Assembly (NCBI GenBank): GCA_001244265.2
Contig: CDLV01000004.1
Location: forward strand, 1,240,001 to 1,304,000
Length of the DNA: 64,000 nt
Reading direction: 5' to 3'
Source: Microbotryum violaceum
Taxonomy: Eukaryota
The position numbers and the translations under genes were made by a program. The notes beneath the pieces were generated by a model that was given only the letters and a program-made list of their open reading frames with translations, had not been told where the DNA came from and ran no database searches. Each line of letters starts with the position of its first letter. Within the stretch, counting starts at the first letter, position 1. Of this stretch, positions 56,070-64,000 are shown piece by piece.

Positions 56070-57029
56070 ATGACACCTCCCCTCTCAACGCGCGCACACC
56101 TCCTCTTCGTCCGCACTCCTTCCCAACCTCTTCCCCAAGATCCATACCATTCCTTCGCCCTCTCCTCCCATTTCACACCGCATCATCTCCCCATCCTCCA
56201 AACGACCTACCAAAACATCCCCCACCTAGCTCACCTCTTAAAAGGTCCCAAGACCTACGATGGTTTAATCATCACTTCGGCAAGATCGGTACAAGCTCTA
56301 GCGAAAGCTCAAGACGCCAATCCAACCACCGAACCTACCCAAGCCGAAGGACTACTAGGAGGAGGAGGATTTTTCTACCAAACTCCAATCTTCGTAATAG
56401 GACAAGCTACTTCTGAAGCCTTACGAACTCAACTTATCCAACCACCACCTAAAGAAAACGTTTTAGGTAACGATGGAACGACTGGAAGTGGGGAGAAATT
56501 GGCTAGGTTCATCATTCGTTATTTTAAAAATAATGATAATCGGGGGAGGAAATGGAAGTTGTTGTATCTCGTCGGAGATAAGAATAGGGATACGCTACCG
56601 AGCATGTTGGAAGTGGAGGATGGCAGGTTCGAGTTGGACAAGTTGAGGGTTTATCAAACCAAGGCTTTGGAGGGGAGCCAATTGGAGAAGGAGGTCGACG
56701 AACTCGTTAAAGAGGTTGTAGGGGGGGATGACGAACGAAACGGAGAAGGAAAAATACTTTGGATCATCTTTTTTTCTCCTTCCGGCGCCAAGGCCGCTTG
56801 TCAAGAGTTTCGAAGAAGAAGGTGGATACCGAACGACGACAACGATCAAGATGGGCATGGGGGATTTCAGATTCGAATCGCGGCGATTGGACCGGTCACG
56901 AGGGCCTATTTGCAGAATGACGAACGCTTAAAGGTCGATGCAGAAGCACGGACACCGGATGCCAAAGATCTGTTGAGGTGTATTACAGAGGTCGAGGACA
57001 AGGAAAGCGGGCATGTCCAAGTTGAATAA
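56070..57029 (+). CDS. HEM4: Uroporphyrinogen-III synthase
   Basis: Single 319-aa ORF with DPY, YDGLIITSARSV, FVIGQAT, LYLVGDKNRDTLP, VYQT, FFSPSG, AAIGPVT. Confidence 0.9.
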   Translation: MTPPLSTRAHLLFVRTPSQPLPQDPYHSFALSSHFTPHHLPILQTTYQNIPHLAHLLKGPKTYDGLIITSARSVQALAKAQDANPTTEPTQAEGLLGGGGFFYQTPIFVIGQATSEALRTQLIQPPPKENVLGNDGTTGSGEKLARFIIRYFKNNDNRGRKWKLLYLVGDKNRDTLPSMLEVEDGRFELDKLRVYQTKALEGSQLEKEVDELVKEVVGGDDERNGEGKILWIIFFSPSGAKAACQEFRRRRWIPNDDNDQDGHGGFQIRIAAIGPVTRAYLQNDERLKVDAEARTPDAKDLLRCITEVEDKESGHVQVE

Positions 57030-57312
57030 CCTCGCTTCGGGTCGAGATGGTCGAGGAATAAATATGTGACGGTTTCGGTAGCATATAGGGGACTTGTAAA
57101 TATACATATAATCACTCAAAGACACACACTGTGTAAGCCGATACCTACAGCAACTGCGCCGACCCGACCCGAGCCTCGGGCAACGCCGAATCTTTTTCGG
57201 GACATTCGACGTCAGTATGATGAGCAGCTGCGAGCTTCGATTCTCGACCTTTGTCAGTGTTTTATCGCACTTCCCACCACCCACTGCCTGAAGCCCACTC
57301 AACCTCAAGCCA

Positions 57313-59731
57313 ATGGCCTCTTCCACCGAACAAGACGAATACGGTGACTACGAAACCGCGCTCAAGACGCTCGTCGATCAATCGCCCGGTCCTAACCAAG
57401 TCAAGAACGGACCTTCGACGACGGGGCGCGTGCACGTGCACGGCGAAGAACTTGAACAAGGCCAATTGAACGTTCATGCTCCGGCGGCGGAGGGTACGAC
57501 GCACAAGTGGCTGAGCAGATTTGTGCCAAAGTTGGAAAGGTGAGTTCAGCGGTTTCATGGAGCCGAAATGGGTGTGGGGAGGGAGGCGTCGTCGTTTAGA
57601 ATGCCGAGTCCGTGACCGCCGCAGCGTACACGTGGAGCATGTGGGGCTGCACCGTTGTCAGCTCACTGCAGCAGGGCCGTTTGTTCGTATGCTGACAAGC
57701 GGAAGATTGGGCGGCCCGAGCGTGAAAAGAATATAACAAACATTGAAGTGATCGTCTACTGATATCTTCTTTTCCGGCTGTGATCGCACAGTGTAAGTCC
57801 GCGTCCCATCTTTGATTCGACAAACGCCCGGCGCTCCGCTCGATTTCGAGCTTCCAGGACGTATTCGTATTCGTTACCAACATAAATCGAAAGAGCTATC
57901 TAATACAAGCTTCTCCAAGTGGAGATGTAATTCCTCTTGACCACCCCGCTAACATCAACTTTCCCACGTCCAAACCCCATCTACAGCTCGCCTCGAAAGA
58001 ACATTTCGGCAACTTGGTCGCCACGGCTCGAGGCGAGAACCCACCCAAGATCTGGGAATCGATGCCGATATACGTCCGTCTAGGAATGCAAGCCCTTTAC
58101 CACGGTCGAGAACAAGCCCATCTCTTAGCGAACAAGAGAGTCGAATCATTCCTCCGAGAACAATCGATCAAACAAGGCGAATATTACGGTTCTCCTCAAG
58201 GAGCCTTGCAACAGATTCAACAATTTGTCAAGACGTATTCGACCAATACGCGATGTCTTTTTTCGTGCTGGAATCGATCGGCGTGCGCAGCGTCAACCCC
58301 GTGGCCGTGAACGAGGATCTCAACGTCTTTACCGAAAAGTGAGCCAACGTCCTGAACCAAGGTTAGATTCGGTTTCATTGGGGTTCTGACCACTCTCTAC
58401 TATGTTCCTTAACCGGCTGTCATAGCAAACGAGATGGTACGGAGGTGGCAGCACTCGAACAATCCGTTGGCGAGATCGAGCTGCCAATCAGCTGACCCCT
58501 TTCTGCTTGGGCATTCAGTCACTCTTTTGAAAATGCCTGATGAAGGCTCGACTCCCAGAAACGTTGCGTTCGTTCAAATCGGCGCTATGCTGGTAAGCGA
58601 ACTACCTCAACCGGAAGCGTTTCTGAAGGGCATCGGGCTCACACTCTCGAAACTTCGCCTCCACCATTCAGGTCGGGAGCATCGTACAAACGGTCGCAGA
58701 GGGCGATCAAGTCGCGCATGGAGGTGAACTAGGATATTTCGGTACGTTTTCAAGTTGGAAACAAGCGATGGCCACTGTGGTACTCGGGATCCCGTCGGAG
58801 TCGTTTCGGACATAGCGGGCCGGGTTCAGAGCCATTCGGACATAGCGTGCCGGGTTCAGGAGTCATTTCGGTCGTAGCGGGTTCGGGCCATTTAGCCGGG
58901 CAGAGTTCGGGAGTCGTTTCAAGTTCCACCGGTTCGGGAAGGGTCAAGACGCCGGTTTCGGCAGAATTCTCAGCGATTAAGCGGGCCCGGGTAAACTCAG
59001 CACTTCGGTGACTCGAGACTTGACTGTCAGCGACGAATCATGTGGTGGGATTTGAATGGAAGACCGGGCCGGATGCGCGGATGAAGGGATGAAGGGGAAT
59101 GAAAGGAGCGCAGCGGTTTGAATGGTCGGAACGTTTGAGGGGAGTTTGCTTCTTGTTCTTAGTTAGACCCCTTCTAGGACCCAATACAGCATCCTAGCTG
59201 GTTCTCACGTTCTGGTGTCTCAAGTCTCGTTTCGCATCGTTCTCCAGTCTCCGGCCTCAGCGTTCCAGTCTCGTTTCTCGGCTCTCGTACCCCTGTCTCT
59301 CGGCTCTGCTCGTCCCCCTCGTCTCTCTCGCCTTGGGCCTCTCAGGAGCTCTTAGGGACCTTATCCCTTATCTTCTCATTTTCATCTTTGATCGACCGCT
59401 TGCTATACTATACCACCACTGAGTTTGGGCTCCAATCTCGGGACCGAAACCGCCCCGCACGAATTGATTACGACCTTGAGTCGCACGCACAGCTTATGGC
59501 GGTTCGACTGTCCTGTGCGTCTTCCCGGCTGGTCAAGTGCATTGGGATGAGGATCTATTACGTAACTCGAAGGAGAAGATGCAGACCTCCGTCAAGGTGA
59601 GTAGTAGTGTGAGAACTGAGAAAGATGGCGGGGGGATAGAAGTGGGGCGCCGCCACCATGCGCTAACTTTGTATTTTCCCCACATTTTTTCGAATCCGCA
59701 GGTCGGTGAACAGATTGGACGATTCGTTTGA
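57313..59731 (+). pseudogene. Phosphatidylserine decarboxylase (fungal PSD2/PSD3-like), internally deleted
   Basis: WESMPIYVRLGM, VNPVAVNEDLNVFTEN, IGAMLVGSI, GYFA/YGGST (59498-59509), WDEDLLRNS..VKVGEQIG. The central SxAD and FRLAPxDYH segment is absent at ~58245. Confidence 0.75.
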
Positions 59732-60291
59732 GTTCTCCACTATTAGGAGGTAGGTAGAGTAGTACATTAGAAGTTTTTTATGAACCTGTCGCTTCTCAAA
59801 ATAAGACACGGAACCCGGAGAGATCGGATACAATAATCGATGCAACTATGAACGACCCCACCGGCGACCAGTCTCCGCGGAGCGAAGATGAAGGTTTCAA
59901 CAATCCGCGGTTATCGAAAGTTGGTCCGATGAGGGGCACGACGCTTAAGAAGCTTCAACGATGACTTGCTCACGTGCCCTCTGCTGCCGACGGCGGCCCC
60001 GCTCTTCGTCTGCAGCTGTGGAGCACGTGGAGGGTTGCGATTTTCCCCCAGAGTCGAATTTGTTGGAGAAATTGACAATTATTTTTTTTGAGCTTGGGCA
60101 CCACAAGATCCGTCGTTGGTGGTGCGCGCAGCGTAAGCGGACTCAGTCATATTGGGAGGACCGAACGCCCCGCATCAAAAGCGCAAGTCCAAATTGACTC
60201 GGCTGGGCTCCGCTTACCCGACATCGTGGTCCGCCAAAGTGGGGCTCTTGCTTGCTTGCTTCCTCCCCACACTTCTCCATACACCAGCGTC

Positions 60292-62762
60292 ATGGCAGAA
60301 ACAGCAAGACGAACGATCGCACATCACGAAGAGGTTACCCAGGATGCTTTACACACCAATGATGTCAAGGCCCCCGCGTCACAGGACCCCGTCGCCATTT
60401 CTCAAAAGTGAGTTAGAGGCTTCCCCATATTTCTGGGATGGAGTGTTTTAGGGAATGTCCATGATTGAGATCGGGAGGGACAATGCAGTGTGATTGTAGG
60501 AGGTTCATTCGATATATATATAAAGAGTGAATCATGTTAATCATGAATTGACCATTTGTATTCTGTCCCATTACCGCGAATGTGGCGCACAAATTCCTCG
60601 ACCGGATCCAAGCCGCCATCACCGCAAAGGATATCGACGCCATCATCGGTTGCTTCATGGATGACAACCAGGGCTACTGGCGTGATATCCTCTGCATAGA
60701 CCAGACTGACTTTAACACCGTTCAAACCAATGATATTGTAAGTGATATGCTGGTGTTGGGAGGGCCGTGGGTGTGGCGACGCCGAGAGGAAGGGGGGGGG
60801 GGACTTTTCCCCACCTTTTCTCCGGCGCCAATTCAGATCAATTCGGGTCGATGAGGTGTAAGGCCGGACGAGGAGATTTGAAGGCGTTTGTTTTCTTCGT
60901 GAGTGCATTAATTATGTGCTCTTGGCGCATTAGAAAGGGCTGCGCACTGATGCCACTCGCAACCCTCAGACTTCGGTCGATGAAGTCAAGGGTCATGAAG
61001 AGTTCGTGGCTCGCGACGACCCCTCGGTGCCGAACATGGAGAAAATTCGGACCCCATAGTTAACTGGCGCGATCGAAGCAAGGCTTCGTTGGAGTACAAG
61101 GACGGCGACCCGACCGTCATCATTGTCGGCGGTGGCCAGAACGGGTTGATGCTCGCGGCGCGCCTACGCATGCTCGGCATCAACCACCTCGTCATTGAGA
61201 AACATGGTCGCGTTGGTGACTCGTGGCGCAAGCGCTACCATTCGTTATGCCTCCACGACCCCGTCCATGGTGATCATCTGCCTTACATACCTTTCCCGCC
61301 CGGCTTCCCCAAGTTCATCCCCAAGGACAAGATCGTCAACTGGTTTGAGTCGTACGCCGAGTCGATAGAGCTCAACATCTGGCTCAACTCGACCGTTGAA
61401 CGAGGTGCCAAGTTCGATCCTCAGACTCAGAAATGGGAGGTCACGGTCCTGCGCAACAATTGTGCCGAGAAGAGAGTCTTCCACGTCAATCATCTTGTCC
61501 TCGCTTCCGGCTTCTCCGGTGAACCTAGGTTACCCTCGTTCCCTCGCGACGAGTTTAAAGGTGATACTTACCACTCTTCGGCGCATCAGAGTGGTGCTAA
61601 GTAGGCGGGCAAGAAGGCGGTCGTCGTCGGGTGCTGCAACTCGAGTCATGATATCGCTGCCGACCTCGTCGAGAACGGCGCGGATACGACCATCGTTCAA
61701 AGGTCGTGGACGTACGTTATGTCCTCCGAGCATGGACTGCATGAGCTGCTCAAGGGCGTCTACGAAGAGAATGGTCCGCCATTGGATGAGGCGGACATTA
61801 TCCTGACTTCGTTACCCACGAATGTGTTGGCATAATTCCGTGAGTTTTCCTTTTGGCTCCGGTGCGTGCTTAACAGGGGCTGACCCTCTCCTCCGAACGA
61901 TAGAAACCGCGGCGACCAAGGAGGTGACGCGCAAGGACAAGGATCTCTTGGACGGTCTTCGCAAAGCTGGCTTCAAGCTCAATCCTTACCCCGAAGGTCT
62001 CTTCATCAAATACTTCCGCGACGGAGGTGGTTACTACATCGACGTCGGCGCGTCCAAGATGATCGCCGATGGCAAGATCAAGATCAAGCAGGGTGTCGAG
62101 ATCAAGAAGCTTACCAAAGATGGGGTCTTGTTCGAGGATGGGACGGAGTTGAAGGCGGATGTGGTTGTGATGGCGACGGGGTACACCTCGCAGCGTGAGA
62201 CGATTAGGAAAGTCATCTCGGATGAGGTCGCGGATGGGTTGGGGCCTTGCTGGGGCAAGGATGCGCAGGGCGAGATTCCGGGTGAGTACCCCTTCTGAAT
62301 CATGCGGATCCAGATCCAATCCGGTGGGGGCTGACTTTGAAGTTCTATCTCGCTGCTTTCTTTCACTCCAGGCTGCTGGCGCAACTCAGGCGTCCTCGCT
62401 TCTACCTCCAATCGGGCAACATGTTCCAAGCGCGTTGTTACTCCAAGTGGCTTGCTCTTCAGATCCATATGTGCGAGTTGGGCTTGACGCCTAAACAGGC
62501 CGAGTACCCCAAGTACAAGGATGTTGTAGATCCTACACGCCCAAGCCCTTTCCGCGGGATTTTCCCGCGAGAGAATTTAGAGCGGGTTACCTTGTCTTCC
62601 TTTTCCCAGTCAAGAGCAAATTGTATCTGTGGCGTGTATACTTGTGTTAGCGAACTTCCCCAGGTCCCTGCGCTCGTCGACATGAAATTCGAAACTCTAA
62701 AAAAGACCCACGGCCAGACACCAATGGATGACATGATCGCCCGTCAAACATGCTTCGGTTGA
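60292..62762 (+). pseudogene. Flavin-containing monooxygenase (YUCCA/FMO-like), probably disrupted
   Basis: IVGGGQNGL, GDSWRKRYHSLCLHDP, YHSSAH, GGGYYIDVGAS, VMATGY. In-frame TAG at 61602-61604, frameshift near 61005, garbled segment at ~60760-60845. The 3' end is uncertain. Confidence 0.75.
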
Positions 62763-64000
62763 CGGCCATTCCTTGAAACAAGCAGAGGATCCTTACTGAG
62801 GAATACTATATGTTGAATCTGAGGTGGACAGAAAACGATTGTAAGCGAGATGCAAAGCATGCAATGGCGAGTTCGGAACAGATGCACTCGAAGGTGGCCG
62901 AGCGGGAGTCTCACGTACACGCCCGGCGAATTCCCTTCGCGCGTTAGCCACAACCTCTGCGATCGCCGCAGAGACCACTTTACGATAACCATCGTCGTGT
63001 TCATCTCTGCCGCTGTCGATGATCTGATTGGCAAGCAGGTACTTCTGTGGGTATTACTTGTCAAACATTCAGACCCGAGAACCAAGAAAACACGAACCTC
63101 ATGGCTGTGAAGCCGAGCATGGTTGTGAAGCTGACTCACTTTGAGAACCCCCGTTGCCCCGTTATAGAAGTTGGTGAGGCGAGGCGTACTCAGCATGGCC
63201 TTGGCATGTGATCTGAACTTTGACTGTGATAAGGAGAAACTTCATTGCCAGTCAGATACTGCGACGCATGAGGATTGGCGCCGACCACAGGAGGAGCGAG
63301 AATCTTACACCCTACAACGAACCTTGAAATCTCTGGCAGTGATAGCAGCCACGGGTCGGCGCATCTGATCATGGACCATGATGAGCATGTTCATCATCAT
63401 TTCGCCTTGAAGCCGGCGCTTGAGGGGAACCCCTCCCTGTCTTCCAAGCTGTAGTCAACAGAGCACATGTAAGACGTTGAACTGTACCTCTAACATGGTG
63501 GTGCTGTACTCACACGGGCATACTCGATCATGTAGTCCGTGCATTGGAGGCCTCGCGACTGGAGATCTTTTTAATGACCGCGCTAGTAAAGGCACCCCCT
63601 CGGGTGTTATCCTCGTCGGAGACCTCCTCCTCCTCATCTCCACTTTCAAGAATAGTCGGTGCTACTTGTGTCACGGGACCTCTCTCCGCCGGCTCCTGGG
63701 CTCACCGAACGTCGACCGGGTGCGGAGCCAGCGGAAGAGCCCCTGTGCGGGAGAGACGAGCGCTCCTCGTGCTCCGGCGCGTCTTCATCTCCCGCAACCG
63801 CGTTTGTCAAGTCTCGACAACGGCGAGTGGGTACAGTGGTAGAGCTTCCGCCGATCTGTCTTCTGTTGTGGGGAGGGGTTTACTCCACTGCCCTTGTACA
63901 AAGGAGCCTGTGTCAATCATTGAAGTTGAACGAACACCTTGTAAACAAAGCCCCGTTCCGCCGAGAGAGGACGTACCTGTCGGTTTGGTTCATCCGAGGA

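Noticed and set aside
38047-59731. CHO2 plus PSD as a phospholipid gene cluster
   Set aside because: About 14 kb apart with unrelated genes between, and PSD is broken; chance proximity is sufficient.
62800-64000. Protein-like minus-strand stretch at the window end
   Set aside because: Interrupted by stops with no recognisable domain; cannot be assigned.

Overview
Eukaryotic fungal DNA with intron-rich genes. Gene and transposon style suggest a basidiomycete, possibly Pucciniomycotina such as Microbotryum (inference only). Roughly half of the window is mobile DNA. Two stacks of co-oriented, minus-strand APE-RT (L1/Tx1-like) LINEs from three families lie at 1-17638 and 24644-~35190, mostly joined poly(A)-tail-to-5'-end. 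The first stack is interrupted by a complete Ty1/copia element (879-5349, 167-bp LTRs, TSD AGCCG) and ends 63 bp upstream of a tRNA-like gene whose best fold has anticodon UUA. Also present are a copia RNase H remnant, a foldback element, a hAT MITE with an 8-bp TSD, and a 6.75-kb TIR transposon (43074-49828) encoding a spliced protein with an N-terminal Ulp1-type protease and a P-element-like transposase. Host genes are a TMEM223-like protein, a dolichyl-PP phosphatase, CCT2, CHO2, a NIPA-type transporter, SFT2, CTP1, HEM4, and apparently degenerate phosphatidylserine decarboxylase and flavin monooxygenase genes. CpG-transition (RIP-like) decay is evident, and many 1-bp frameshifts look like homopolymer sequencing errors. 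All calls come from reading the sequence by eye; no searches were run.
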